Shown: in pieces, positions 25,518-37,970 of the stretch | How the letters are laid out: each line of letters starts with the position of its first letter | Position numbering within the stretch: position 1 is the first letter of the stretch | Assembly: GCA_951406725.2 (NCBI GenBank) | Contig: OX597829.1 | Span: 37,820,001 to 37,884,000 of the forward strand | Reading direction: 5' to 3' | DNA length: 64,000 nucleotides | Origin: Octopus vulgaris | Taxonomy: Eukaryota | Position numbers and translations under genes: made by a program | The notes under the pieces: generated by a model | The model's database searches: none | The model's input: the letters and a program-made list of their open reading frames with translations, nothing else | What the model was told of the DNA's origin: nothing

Positions 25518-26404
25518 TTTTAGATAAAGAAAAATAATAAAGTCACATTTGTTAAAATCTAAATTTGAGTAAATGTGGTAACTCTTGATCTATCTTAAGC
25601 AGTTTGTTGTAGTTTAGTCCACAGATATATCTCAGCTGATCAGACCTATGATCAATGTCATTCAAACTGTGACCATCCCACCTTTATAGTCTTTCTGGTA
25701 GAATTTTATTATCCAATAATTTTATTCCTCCCACCTTTTTTTTTTTTTAAGAAAGTAGGGCAAGATATGAGGATGTTTTGGCTGCTATTTATAACAGAAT
25801 GTCATGCAGATGCCCACTACTGATTTCAGTAAAGAAAGAAAAGATTAAACAATGTAAACCTAAGCACTCTAAAAGAATGGGATGGTCATGGTTGGAATGC
25901 CTTTAATCACCAGTTTGCTTAATCAGGGTAGAGCAGAGACTAAACAACAAAGCAACTCATGATAAACTTGAACTCACGTAAATATATTCCAAATAACAAA
26001 CATTACACAGAGAGAATTTAAGCCATTTGAGACAATATAATAAATGGTTCTATTTTCTTTGTCCAGTTGTTTTTACGTCTACTAACTTGTCATAAGTATC
26101 AATCTTAACAAAATAACTGAAAGCTGACCACTTATATAAATCATAAAAGCAGATTGATCTTAATTAAGCATTACTGAAACAAGATCAGAGCTGATATACG
26201 TCAACAGATTGCACAAATTAGATAAAAACTACTTCCTTTTGTCACTGATTGTTGACACTTATCTTAATGAACTCCTACTGAGATATAAGTTATATGTCAT
26301 ATCAGAATAAAAGTCAATTTTTAAATAGTTGAAGTTTGTGTTGAAATCTATAAATAAACTGTTATAATTCATTAAAAGCTAAACTAAAAGCTGGTAAATA
26401 ATTT

Positions 26405-26454
<50 letters not shown>

Positions 26455-27222
26455 CTGTTTTGTTATAAGTGTACATCAGTGCACCATAGCTGGTATGTCA
26501 TGGCACACTTGTGTGTCACGACACGAATGCTTGGTATGTTGCAATGTAACCTAAATATAATTTTTTTTCTCTATACCTGGAGTTATATTTTTAGTTCAGG
26601 TGTGCCACCAAATAAAAAAAATGGTTATGGAGTACTGGTCTAGAGCCAGTCACTGCATTAAATCTAATTAATTGCAGTGTTCCTATTTTCCATATATGCA
26701 CTTTTACCTTTAATACATTGGTATTATTATCAAAGGTTTCTGATAGGTTTACTCTTTTATCTTTATACTCAGGAATGTGGTTTTTACATATCAATGAACT
26801 TACTGGGTTGTTTATATAACTGCTTATCTTACTGGTTCAATAACCAGATTCAGCATCTATCCAGATTTCCACCTGGTGGATCAATCTTTATATTTGTGGA
26901 TTTTAAGTTGATCACATTACCTGTAGTTAAAATATTTTTCGTGTTACTTACACAATAAAGAAATGAAACTTGGGCAGAATTTCTACCTATGATCTTTTAC
27001 CTGTGTGGTACCTTGGGCAAATGTCTACTGTCATAGTTCCAGGCCGACTGAGGCCTTGAGAGAATTTGGTAGATGGAAATTGAAAGAAGCTTGTTGTGTG
27101 TATGTGTGTATATGTATTTGTGCATGTAACTGTCTCCTTGCCTTGACATTGTGTCATAGTTATAAACAAATGTTACCATCATGCAAGCAGTGTCCTTCAT
27201 TCATCTTCTGTTAAAATATATA

Positions 27223-27452
27223 TATTTCTTTATTGCCCACAAGGGGCTAAACATAGAGGGTACAAAGACAGACAAAGGGATTAAGTCGATTATATCGACC
27301 CCCAGTGCATAACTGGTACTTTATTTATCGACCCCAAAAGGATGAAAAGGAAAGTCGACCTCGGCGGAATTTGAACTCAGAACATAACGGCAGACGAAAT
27401 ACCACTAGGCATTTCGCCCGGCACGCTAGCGTCTCTGCCAGCTTGCCACCTC
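27223..27452 (-). mobile_element. SINE family B nested in an A2 SINE
   Basis: Full family-B copy interrupting 27000-27610. Confidence 0.9.
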
Positions 27453-27944
27453 CATCTAAAATATTTAGTCATAGAAAAATATTACTTTGATTCAAAATAG
27501 GTGAGGGTTGGTAACAGAAAGGACATCCGGAGTTAGAAAATCCACCTCAATAAAAACTCTGCCCAACATATGCATGCATGGAAAAGTGGACATGTAAACA
27601 ATGATGATGGATACAATTAAGCATGTTCATTAAATTAGCAAGTAAATGGGTGAATATCCCGCTAGAAATATTCTCTTAACATAATTCTCAGGGAAAACTA
27701 GTGTGTGACAGTGTGAACAAAACTGGATTTCAGAATTATGGAACAATCTGACATGCTCCAATACAGTGTCCTAACAAGACAATTATCAACCTGAGGCTAC
27801 AGTAAAAGGCTACATGCAATGAGGCAGAACTGAACATTAAGTTTTTGATTGAAAAAGCAACTCCTTGACCATTTGGCTACACTATTATTCACTCTACATA
27901 TAAAGGTGTGTATGTGCATGTGTGCATATAAAAATGCATACATG

Positions 27945-28172
27945 AAGGTGACGAGCTGGCAGACACGTTAGCGTGCCGGGCGAAATGCTTGGCGGTATTT
28001 CGTCTGTCATTACGTTCTGAGTTCAAATTCCGCCGAGGTTGACTTTGCCTTTCATCCTTTCGGGGTCGATAAATAAAGTACCAGTTTCACACTGGGGTCG
28101 ATGTAATCGACTTAATCCCTTTCTCTGTCCTTGTTTGTCCCCTCTATGTTTAGCCCCTTGTGGGCAATAAAG
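27945..28172 (+). mobile_element. SINE family B with TSD aaaaatgcatacatga
   Basis: Full-length copy; duplication on both flanks. Confidence 0.92.
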
Positions 28173-28516
28173 AAAAAAAAAATGCATACATGATTGCTGT
28201 CCTCATATGTCAAGGAAGATCATCACTGACCATTGGCCACACAAAATGTCAGCAATGCCTGTGCATAAGGTTATTGCACCCACTGTCCCTTCACTCAGGC
28301 TTGCACCTCCTTTCTTGTCACCAACTTCACCTGTTTCAAAGTAAGGCAATGTTACCCATAGTCCTTCAAAATGAACAGTATAATTTGCCAGATATATTTT
28401 CACATACTGTAGGATGTCTTGCTTTTATGGTGCTAATGTTTGTTCACAGTGTCAAGAAAAAAAGACATGAACACACTCATGCACACATACACACACATAT
28501 ATGGTAGGCTTCTTTC

Positions 28517-29359
28517 AGTATCTATTTAAACTTGAGTACTATGTAATTGGGCTGTTGTGGATAGCCTGCATCTGTACCATTTTATGAGATAATTCGGTAT
28601 TCGCCAGGATAATTTATCCATTTTATATATATATATATATATATATAAATTTATATAAATAAGGATAAAATCGTTAATTTAAAATAAAATAACGATTTTA
28701 TCAAATGGCCAGCATGGAAAAAATAACCTTCAAAAGTAATAATTATTAAAATTATAAATTAGGGTATCTATGAGATACCACCATGCTGAAAATAGCAGCC
28801 AGGAACTGACTCTAAAACCACCTTAAATTTCCATATCGCAGTTCATGGCTGCTATTTTCAGTGATGGTCTTCCTTGACATATATACACATACACACATGG
28901 TTTCTCCCTTCTAAATCCACTTGCAAGGCTTTGATCAGTCTGATGCTATAGTAAAAGACACTTGCCCTAAGTACTGTGCAGGAGGACTGAACCCCAAATC
29001 ATATGATTGTGAAGGAAACCTCTTTACCACACATGTATGTATGCACACACACACACACACTCACTCACTCACTGGTAAAATTTCCACTTGCAACCTTTTC
29101 AATAGTTCTGACTCAAAAACTACTGGTGAGTGTAAAATTATAAGGCACCAAAAAAGAATGACTCTCCCCAGACACAACAGAATATGCTTCAACACATGAA
29201 CTCACATAAAGAATCTTGTAAACCAAATCTAAAAACGAAATATATATATATATATATATAAAATGGATAAATTAACCTGGTGGATACCGAATTATCTCCT
29301 AAAATGGTATAGATGCAGGCTATCCACAACAGTCCAATACTCAAGTTTAAATAGATACT
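28517..29359. repeat. pair of about 110-bp inverted repeats (28517-28630 / 29250-29359), each ending in (TA)n
   Basis: agtatctatttaaacttgagta...ttatccatttt versus aaaatggataa...tactcaagtttaaatagatact. Confidence 0.85.
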
Positions 29360-29437
29360 AATACTTGTAATCCCCACTAGTTTGGTAGCTCCTTGTCCCT
29401 ATTCAGAGCTGCAAATATTCCATAGAATATATAATTG

Positions 29438-29577
29438 AAAACCAAGAAGAGAGTGGAGATTTATTCACATCCAAAACTTTTTTATTAAAAAGTTTTCTAT
29501 AACATATATATGCTGTAGAAAACTTTTCAATAAATAAGTTTTGGATGTGAATAAATCTCCACTCTCTTCTTGGCTTT
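29438..29577. repeat. 140-bp imperfect palindrome centred on catatatatg
   Basis: ccaagaagagagtggagatttattcacatccaaaact / agttttggatgtgaataaatctccactctcttcttgg. Confidence 0.92.
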
Positions 29578-29585
29578 AGTCTTTA

Positions 29586-29730
29586 GGCGTAGGAGTGGCT
29601 GTGTGGTAAGTAGCTTGCTTACTAACCACATGGTTCTGGGTTCAGTTCCATTGCGTGGCACCTCGGGGCATGTGTCTTCCACTATAGCCTTGTGAATGGA
29701 TTTGGGAGACAGGAACTGAAAGAAGCTCGT

Positions 29731-29761
<31 letters not shown>

Positions 29762-29916
29762 TTACGTCCCCGTAGCTTAGCGGTTCGGCAAAAGAGACCA
29801 ATAGAATAAGTACTAGGCTTATAAAGAATAAGTCCTGGGGTCAATTTGCTCGACTAAAGACGGTGCTCCAGCATGGGCACAGTCAAATGACTGAAACAAG
29901 TAAAAGAGTAAAGAGT
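29586..29916 (+). mobile_element. SINE family A, internally deleted
   Basis: Head, (TG)n, tail. Confidence 0.88.
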
Positions 29917-30384
29917 ATTAAATACACACACACATACATATCCATGGCCACAATTGTGGAATGTATACCTTTCAAACTTAAATGCTTGTTTCTGAAAAGA
30001 AAATCTATGAAATATGGTCAGATATAAGCTCTGTGGGAAATGAAACACATCCAACAAAATATGAAAAAATGCTGTGCCATCCTCTCCACCCAGCTACTTT
30101 CAAAGTCTACAGCCACTGAAAATAAATCAATGTGCCAGGAATAGTTGTATGTAAGAAGGTAACAGAGACAGCAGAGTACTAGATTATATTTCTTTAGCTC
30201 CATTTTTTACATTGCTACCTCAATCTACACATTTCTGACTTCACATCCTGCTGAGTTTGTCTGTCATTAATTCCACTGGGGGTCAATAAAAATAAATAAC
30301 AATACAATACTGGAGATATAATTTTGAAGCTGACTATGTACACCGTCTTTCACCTTCCATATAGAAAATTGTCTTTCTACACTT

Positions 30385-30880
30385 TTAATCAACCAAATAT
30401 GAACCATTTTGTTGCACAATGCGTCTCCATCTTTCCTTTAACTTGAAAATACCCTCTTCCCAGAATTGAGGTGGTTTCATGGCAAAGAATTTATCAAGGT
30501 ATCTTTTTATGTCATCCAAGGAATTGAAATTTTTACCATTAAGACTATTCTGCAGAGAACTGAATAAGTGGAAATCCAAAGGAGCAATATCTGGTGAATA
30601 TGGAGAGTGGGGTAACACATCACAGCCGAGCTGCAGCAATTTTTGTCTGGTTCCCAAAGCATCAAGTGCCAAAAATGAACTTCCTTATCTTCTATTTTAA
30701 AGAGTTACAGAATTAACACAGGTTATAGGAACATAAACCTTCTTCCATGAAAAGATAGTTTAAACTGTGCTCTAAATGGAGGTGTAGTCAAATCCTATTT
30801 CATGGATTTAACCATGTTCTAAAATAAGTTGAAAGGTAAGTTACTATAAATCAGCACGAACTTTCTGGACAACCCAATAT
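30385..30880 (-). mobile_element. internally deleted mariner element (5' TIR plus transposase C-terminus)
   Basis: ORF 30385-30672 LPHSPYSPDIAPLDFHLFSSLQNSL...GIFKLKERWRRIVQQNGSYL (YSPDLAP-type motif); TIR-like tattgggttgtccagaaagttcgtgc at about 30855-30880, inserted at TA of a SINE A microsatellite. Confidence 0.9.
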
Positions 30881-31224
30881 ATATGTATGTGTGTCTGTGT
30901 TTGTCCCTCAAAATCACTTGACAACCGATGCTGGTATGTTTACATCCTTGTAACTTAGCAGTTCGGCAAAAGAGACCAATAGAAGAAATACTAGGCTTAC
31001 AAAGAATAAGTCCTGGGGTCAATTTCTTCGACTAAAGGCAATGCTCCAGCATGGCCACAATCAAATGACTGAAACAAGTAAAGAGAGATAGAATAGTATT
31101 CCTATTTACAACTATAATGATGTTGATAATAATGATGAAGCAGTGAGAAGAATAGGGTTAGGGGAAATAACAAGAAAGCCAAAATTACATTTGACAGATA
31201 TTTGTCCTCATCTTGTTTGTTGTT

Positions 31225-31270
31225 AACACAACATTTCAGCTGATATACCCTCCAGCCTTCATCAGGAGTC
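31225..31270 (-). ncRNA. minimal type I hammerhead ribozyme (PLE type), slightly mutated
   Basis: Reverse complement gactc-CTGATGA-a-GGCTG-gagggtatat-CAGCT-GAAA-tgtt-gtgtt. Confidence 0.75.
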
Positions 31271-31336
31271 TTGGGGAAATTTCGAACCTGGGTTCTCATT
31301 CCTAAGGTATTTTTCGATGTTATTATTATTATTATT

Positions 31337-31396
31337 CAGGTCACTGCCTGGAATCGAACTTAGTAGCTGTGCTCTTAACCACTATGCCATATGCCC
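31337..31396 (-). promoter_or_regulatory. tRNA-like Pol III promoter cassette inside the PLE 3' region
   Basis: Reverse complement gggcata-TGGCATAGTGG-ttaagagc...GTTCGATTCC-aggcagtgacc (A box 31379-31389, B box 31350-31359). Confidence 0.7.
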
Positions 31397-31895
31397 ATGG
31401 GCAATTATGGAGTGAATTTTAGGGCTTATAAATCTAATATTTTCTATCCTTCCCTAATACCGGTTCCCATATGCTATTCCTATCTGCACTCGGTCTGCTT
31501 AGGAGGTTGTTTTGTCCTAGCATATGTGCTGCTTCTTTTAGTTTTCGTATTGTCCAGTGGTGTTCTCTGTCTATTATTTTAACTTCATCCCACAGGAGGA
31601 GGTGGTCTCCATTGTTCCATACATGATCAGCTATACCTGATTTATCAACATCTCCACCTGTCACAACTTTGTGATGTTCGTCTACCCTTATTTTGTGGGG
31701 GCAGCACAATGAAGTGGGTGGAATTCTTCACATACGATGTTGACTTTCCTGCTAATGGACTGATTATATGTTGTATAGTTCTAAGTCAGACCCCCGACTG
31801 ATCAGGCCTATAATCAAATAGGTTCCAACCACAACCACCCAATTTTTCTCTTGTGTGTAACTTGGACTACAGGGCGCAGAACTTGGACTACATAG

Positions 31896-32305
31896 GGCGC
31901 AGAAATGGCTGTGTGGTAAGTAGCTTGTTTACCAACCACATGGTTTCGGGTTCAGTCCCACTGCGTGGCACCTTGGGCAAGTGTCTTCTACTATAGCCTC
32001 GGGCCGACCAATGCCTTGTGAGTGGATTTGGTAGACGGAAACTGAAAGAAGCCCGTCGTATATATGTATATATATATGTATGCGTGTGTGTGTGTGTCTG
32101 TGTTTGTCCCCCTAGCATTGCTTGACAACCGATGCTGCTGTGTTTATGTCCCCGTTACTTAGCGGTTCGGCAAAAGAGACCGATAAAATAAGTACTGGGC
32201 TTACAAAAGAATAAGTCCTGGGGTCGAGTTGCTCGATTAAAGGCGGTGCTCCAGCATGGCCGCAGTCAAATGACTGAAACAAGTAAAAGAGAAAAGAGAA
32301 AGAGA
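31896..32305 (+). mobile_element. SINE family A, full length, with a short 5'-junction duplication
   Basis: Full copy; aacttggactaca(ta)gggcgcagaa repeated at 31859-31904. Confidence 0.92.
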
Positions 32306-32739
32306 GTCTAATGTCTCTCTTCCTCTAAAGTATTAAGGTATAATTTGAGGAAATTTTGGCTGCTATTGGCTATTTCTACTAGGCTGAGCAACCACATAGA
32401 GGTTCCTTTGGTAACTTGTGATTATTTCTTATCCTGGATAGATATCATTTTCTTTTATCTAAGGTAATATCATGCAATTCAAGAAAGGTGTGGCTGCTAT
32501 TTCAGGCAGGTAGACCATCTACATAAAACTGTTTGGTTTGGTTTCAGTAGAGAATATTATTCTTAAAGTATTTGAGCCTTTAGCATTCAGATTACATAGT
32601 CAAATATAATGGTTATTTATTTACATACTTTTGAATTAATCCTGCATTACCTCATAACTTTCAGATTTTCATGATGAGACTGTTTACTTTTAGGATAACA
32701 TTAAAGGGTAGGTGTGAGAGACCGGATCTGGCTGGTTTG

Positions 32740-32941
32740 TCCGGTCATTCAAAATGTGACCGCGTGTGTACCGTTGGCAATTTTTTTCCTCTGTCTTCCC
32801 TTCCTTGGATCTTTCCTTTTCCTATGTTTCTGACGAAGAGCTCCGCTCGAAACGTTAAATCCTCCTCCTTTCTTTCCTTTCCTTGTTCCACATCCTCGCG
32901 TTGTTGTGTTTTCTCTTTTTGTTTTCATGTTTGGATTAACT
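32740..32941 (+). mobile_element. short hammerhead-bearing PLE-type element inserted in a piggyBac-like MITE
   Basis: Pyrimidine-rich unit of about 200 bp ending tttggattaac; flanks 32577-32740 and 32942-32980 resume MITE family 2. Confidence 0.75.
32826..32860 (+). ncRNA. minimal type I hammerhead ribozyme with intact core
   Basis: gttt-CTGACGA-a-GAGC-tcc-GCTC-GAAA-CG-TT-aaat; palindromic AACGTT helix III typical of dimer-forming PLE hammerheads. Confidence 0.78.
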
Positions 32942-34768
32942 AGAATATTTGGGTTGGATATGGATAATTTAAAAGCTTAACCTTTTATAGCATTCATATT
33001 ATTCTGTCATATATATTGCTTATTATACATGTTATTATATATATTATCTAAACCACAAGGGAAAGAGTTGTGTGAGCATGTGTCTGCATGAATGACATTG
33101 TGTACCAATATCGAAAGATTGCTGGTTCAGTGATTTGTAGCTTAATTGAAACTGTTTATAACAAGTCAAGAAGGATGCATTAATCATAATGATTAGTCAC
33201 TTATCCATAAAATCTATCAGAAACCTTTTGAACAACTGTAATACATATAAGTCATGGGCATGCCACAAATTCTTTCTTTTATTTTTTTTAGGTGTGTGGA
33301 AGGAAATGATTGAGATTGTTTAGAAAACTTGAATAACTTAAAGTTGTATGTTGAAGGTGTGTGTATTTTTTTTTTTTTTTGCAATGAAGTGCAACGTGTG
33401 CACCTATCTTTGTTTTAAGACAATTTTAATACTTTTAAAAAGTCAATAGTGTTCTGTAACGCTTTTAGCATTTCATTTAATATGATGTGAATATAAAAAG
33501 TTTTGAAAATTGTTGACCTAAATTCTAGAAAAAAACATTCACATTTCACTGGAGTTGTATTCCAGTTGGACCTCAACGTAAACACCCATAGCACAAGAAG
33601 TAACTTTCAATTGTTGCTTCAGTTTTGGTTTTATGAGGCAAAATAATCGAGGTTAAACCTGCTGGATTACTCTGCCAATATGGGCATTATAAGGTCAGAG
33701 TGTACACCTGATATTGTCATGTGTTCCTGAGCAAAGCACATAACTGTATTTGTTCCAGTTGGGTTGACTGACAGAAAAATAAATAAATAAAGGTGGGATG
33801 GAACCACTTCATGGTTTAGTGATTATTATTAGGAAGAGCAATAAGTTGTACATGAAAAAAAAAAAAAAATTCATCTATGTAAGCCTAGAAGAATAGGCAT
33901 AAAAAGTATATAAAAAAGACAAAAGGACTTTAGTGTTTGTTTTTTTTTTAGTCAAACTTGGTGGATAATCTCAATAGCTTCTGCTTGTTATTCAAAATAA
34001 TCTTTATTCACATTCATATTTTAAACAATTGCTCTATCAGATGAACAAACTCCATTACACTTGACCTCCTAGTAACAGTGGCCAAATCTCCCTCAAATTA
34101 CACTGTACCATCTAAAAGTAACAAAGGACAAATTGGACAGAGTAGTCTTAAGACAACAACAATGATCAAATTCTGTTGGACTAGGTTTGGACTAGGACTA
34201 AATAATAATAAAAACACTAACAACATCAGCAACAACCTCTAACAGTCCAAAACAATTATATATTTATTTACCTGCTAAACACTAGCCATATTATCTACCT
34301 AACTGACTGAAAGCCATTAATTCCAGCAATTTAAGATACATGATTTTTGATGATGAACATTAAACAGAATTTGAATAAATAAAAATAATGTCCTGTTTCA
34401 AGTGTATCTTTATCAGTAAAAAAATATGACAGGTGGCATAAATATTTGCTTTATTAAATGTAGCCAGTATGAAGCTTGAAATGTGGTTCCAAGTCTTTAA
34501 AAGAAATAAATAGAAACTATATTAGGAAAAACTTCAAACAAAATTCGTTTGATGTCATTGTTTTATGTTTGAAACTATCAAAACGTATTCTTTGATCTTG
34601 GCCAAAAATCAGAAACAATTGTTTTCCTCTAAATATTTTAAAATGTCTACTTTTTAACTTCATAATTTTTTTTCAAAAATAGCCACACATACACACACAC
34701 ATCATTAAGTTTTATGCATATAAATTAATATCAAAAGTAATTACTTGTTAATCAAAATATATTTAAAA

Positions 34769-34799
<31 letters not shown>

Positions 34800-35107
34800 T
34801 GTGTGTGTGTGTGTGTGTGTGTGTTCACTTAGGCAAAGTGGTTCTAATAACCTAGTATTAGAACTTCAGAATAAAGTTAGAAGTACAGAGCATGTTATGA
34901 AATTAAATAAATGACAAAGGAACAGGAAGTTATGCAATGGGCTGCATTAACATACAACTGTTTCTGCCATAAGGTTAAAACTTGGTGCAAATGCACAGCA
35001 GAGTCCAAGGTAAATCTGTGCCAAGTGGCTTCACTCTACATGCTTTAGCTTCATTACTATAGCAACAGTCCGGATACTTATTGATCAAATTTTGTTTATA
35101 TGCCTGA

Positions 35108-35158
<51 letters not shown>

Positions 35159-35533
35159 CACACACACACATACATACACAACATCCATACATAAGTAAAA
35201 GAAAAATGAAAAATATAAATAACTAAAGTAAGCAAAGGATGAGATGTGCTCAGGACCCTTTTACAGGGGCTCCATGACTGAGGGTGAGGGGAAGGGAAAT
35301 AAATTATGACTTGTGGGTTGTAATGTATCATGCTGTTAAATTGTCTATCCTCAATCCATGGACCTATTCCAAATCTCACAACAGAGTTCTTTTCTACACA
35401 ATCAATTCAACAAACAACTTGTGACTTAACAAATGTAATGGAATTGTCAGGAAAAAATACAAAACTGGTAATGCTATTGACTTTTTCAGTTACTTTTTCA
35501 AAACTCGTTACCTGTGCTTTCTCTCACCTGAAA

Positions 35534-35869
35534 TACACAGGACATATTTCCCTGGCATCCATGCATGCATCAGATATGATACACGTTTCCATTTCTTTTT
35601 GTTCTTTTCCACTACTAGAGTAACTTGAGATTTATGAAAGGAAAGTTTTATATTACTCAGAATGTATGAAACAAGGGCTAACTAAAAGCTTGAAAACAAG
35701 CATGTAACCATGACACACAGGACACATTTACCTGGTATCTGTGCATCATACGATACATGTTCTCAATTTTTTTCAACCACCAGAATAACTCGGGACTTAT
35801 GGGAAGAAAGCTTTATATTACTCAAAATGCAGGAAACAAGGGCTAACGAAAAGCTTGTAAACAAGCATG
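35534..35869 (+). repeat. diverged tandem duplication, period about 180 bp
   Basis: acacaggaca.attt.cctgg...gaaacaagggctaac.aaaagcttg.aaacaagcatg occurs twice. Confidence 0.8.
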
Positions 35870-36769
35870 GATGTTTAGAACTAACTTAAGAAAATGCTTT
35901 GGACAGGAAAAGGGTTCAGGTGCTATCTTACTAGTGAGATACTGACAGGTTTGCCATATCCATCTGGGCCCCAAGTACAAAAAAAAAAAAGTCAGAACAG
36001 ATACTGATTGGCATCCAGTCTGATGCTTTAATAATACCACCACAATCCACTGCACTATACTGATACTATATTTTATAGACCATAGAATAACAAAGGGCAA
36101 AGTTGATATTGGATGGATTTGAACTCAGAACATACAGAGGGAACAAATGCCATGGCTATTTTTGTCCGACACTAATGATTTTTGTCAATTCACTGCCTCT
36201 ATAACAGAGTGGAGCCTAGTTAAGGAACACAAAGATCAGGTGGCAGTGTTCAATCAGATGACAGGCTAGGCAGGTCTACATTTCAAAGGTCTCCGCCATG
36301 TGACAGTAACCAAAAACCTGTTTGTTTACTGAAATCTATATGTAAGGCAACTACTAATGGGATCTGCTTCAGTTAAGCATGAAAAATTAACAGTGTAAAC
36401 TTGAAAAAATCATAAAGATAAAGAAGGAAAAAAAAGGGGGCATGACAGTAAATATTTCAGTATGAATTAGACATAGATATAATGTTAGATGATTTTACAA
36501 ATATACAGACGCACACAAACCTTACCTTTGGAGGAGTGAATATTATAAATGCGTTTGCAAGGGGATAAATTGAGACAACTTATGGAACTAATTTGTACAG
36601 ATTGTAGGGAAATATAATTTTTTTGCTAAACAACTAAGTTACAAAGATATAAAGGACAAAAACAAAGATTCACAAATATATACACACTTTTGGGATGGGC
36701 TTCCACACAGTTTTCATTTCGCAAAATACTTAATAAGGTATTGGCCAGCCCAAGGCTGACCAATAGGTG

Positions 36770-37455
36770 TTGTGCTGTAACTCCAGTCGTGGAGGCCTTC
36801 TGAGTGGTCGTTTCTGCTTGCGCGGGTTCACCGATTATCGGTTTGCTGGGTGATGTGTCTGGTGCATCTAAACTTGCCGCATGTATATTCTGCGATGACA
36901 TCCCTCACGCCGGACTTCTCTCTGATGACCTCACTACTGTTGTGCTCTCTCAATGAGATTCCAAGCATTGACCTCTCCATGGCTCTTTGAGCCGTTACCA
37001 ATCTCTGCTCTTCTCTCTTTGTTGTAGCCCCTGTTTCACTACCATTTAACATTGCAGGTAGAACTGTGCAATTGATGAGGTTGGCATGGGTGGTCCTGTC
37101 CAACCTTCCCTTGAGCACATCCCTTATGCCATTAAACGCCTACCGTCCAACTATTACTCTCCGCGAGATCTCCTTTTCGATGCCTCGGCACATATTCACT
37201 TCCTGTCTCAGGTAAACATATTCCTTTACCTCCTCTATTTCATCACTGCTGATCACCATTCAACCTGTTTGTACGTTGTCTGACTACATGAACTTCGTTT
37301 TCATGCGGTTGATCTCGAGACCTACTGCAGAGCTTTTCTTGCAAGAGAGACATGGTACTATATAGATCAGAGGTGACGGCCCTGAAGATTACAGATGGAG
37401 TACCGGTCAACGATAAGAGTGAGATGGAAAAAGTTTGCAACGACTTCTACACCAA
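36770..37455 (-). mobile_element. RTE-clade LINE fragment with an apparently inverted 5' piece
   Basis: ORF 36828-37118 TVLPAMLNGSETGATTKREEQRLVTAQRAMERSMLGISL; + strand 37352-37455 LYRSEVTALK...EMEKVCNDFYT resembles the EN-RT linker. Confidence 0.8.
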
Positions 37456-37483
37456 TGCATACATATATGTGTGCGTGTGTGTG

Positions 37484-37484
<1 letters not shown>

Positions 37485-37532
<48 letters not shown>

Positions 37533-37970
37533 CCATATATATACTTAAACATATATATATGTGCATAAACATACACATATGTGCTTAAACATACATATAT
37601 ACATATATATACATACATATATATATATACATATATATATACATATATATATAATACATATATATACTTATATATGCATATATCTATATACATATATCTA
37701 TATACATATAATACATATATATACTTATACATATATCTATATACACACATATACATACATATATCTATATACATACATACATATCTATATACATATATAA
37801 ATATCTATATACATACATACCTATATACATATATAAATATCTATATACATACATAAATATCTATATACATACATAAATATCTATATACATACATATCTAT
37901 ATACATACATATCTATATACATACATACATATCTATATACATACATACATATCTACATACATACATATAT
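37485..37970. repeat. long compound (TA/TACA/TATC)n microsatellite
   Basis: Seen directly. Confidence 0.95.

Larger units (their letters stand above)
31180..31710 (-). mobile_element. Penelope-like element 3' end: GIY-YIG endonuclease C-terminus plus pLTR
   Basis: ORF 31434-31709 KIRVDEHHK...KSGIADHVWNNGDHLLLWDEVKIIDREHHWTIRKLKEAAHM is typical of PLE GIY-YIG; downstream tRNA-like cassette and hammerhead. Confidence 0.88.

Noticed and set aside
28706-28716. ggccagcatgg resembles the start of the HDV genomic ribozyme
   Set aside because: The rest of the nested double pseudoknot could not be built
31337-31396. Functional tRNA gene (and likewise the SINE heads)
   Set aside because: No complete cloverleaf; only A/B boxes within repeats
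37367-37856. Long YI/CV-rich ORFs (also 20644-20927, 24136-24573, 51772-52362)
   Set aside because: Translations of microsatellites
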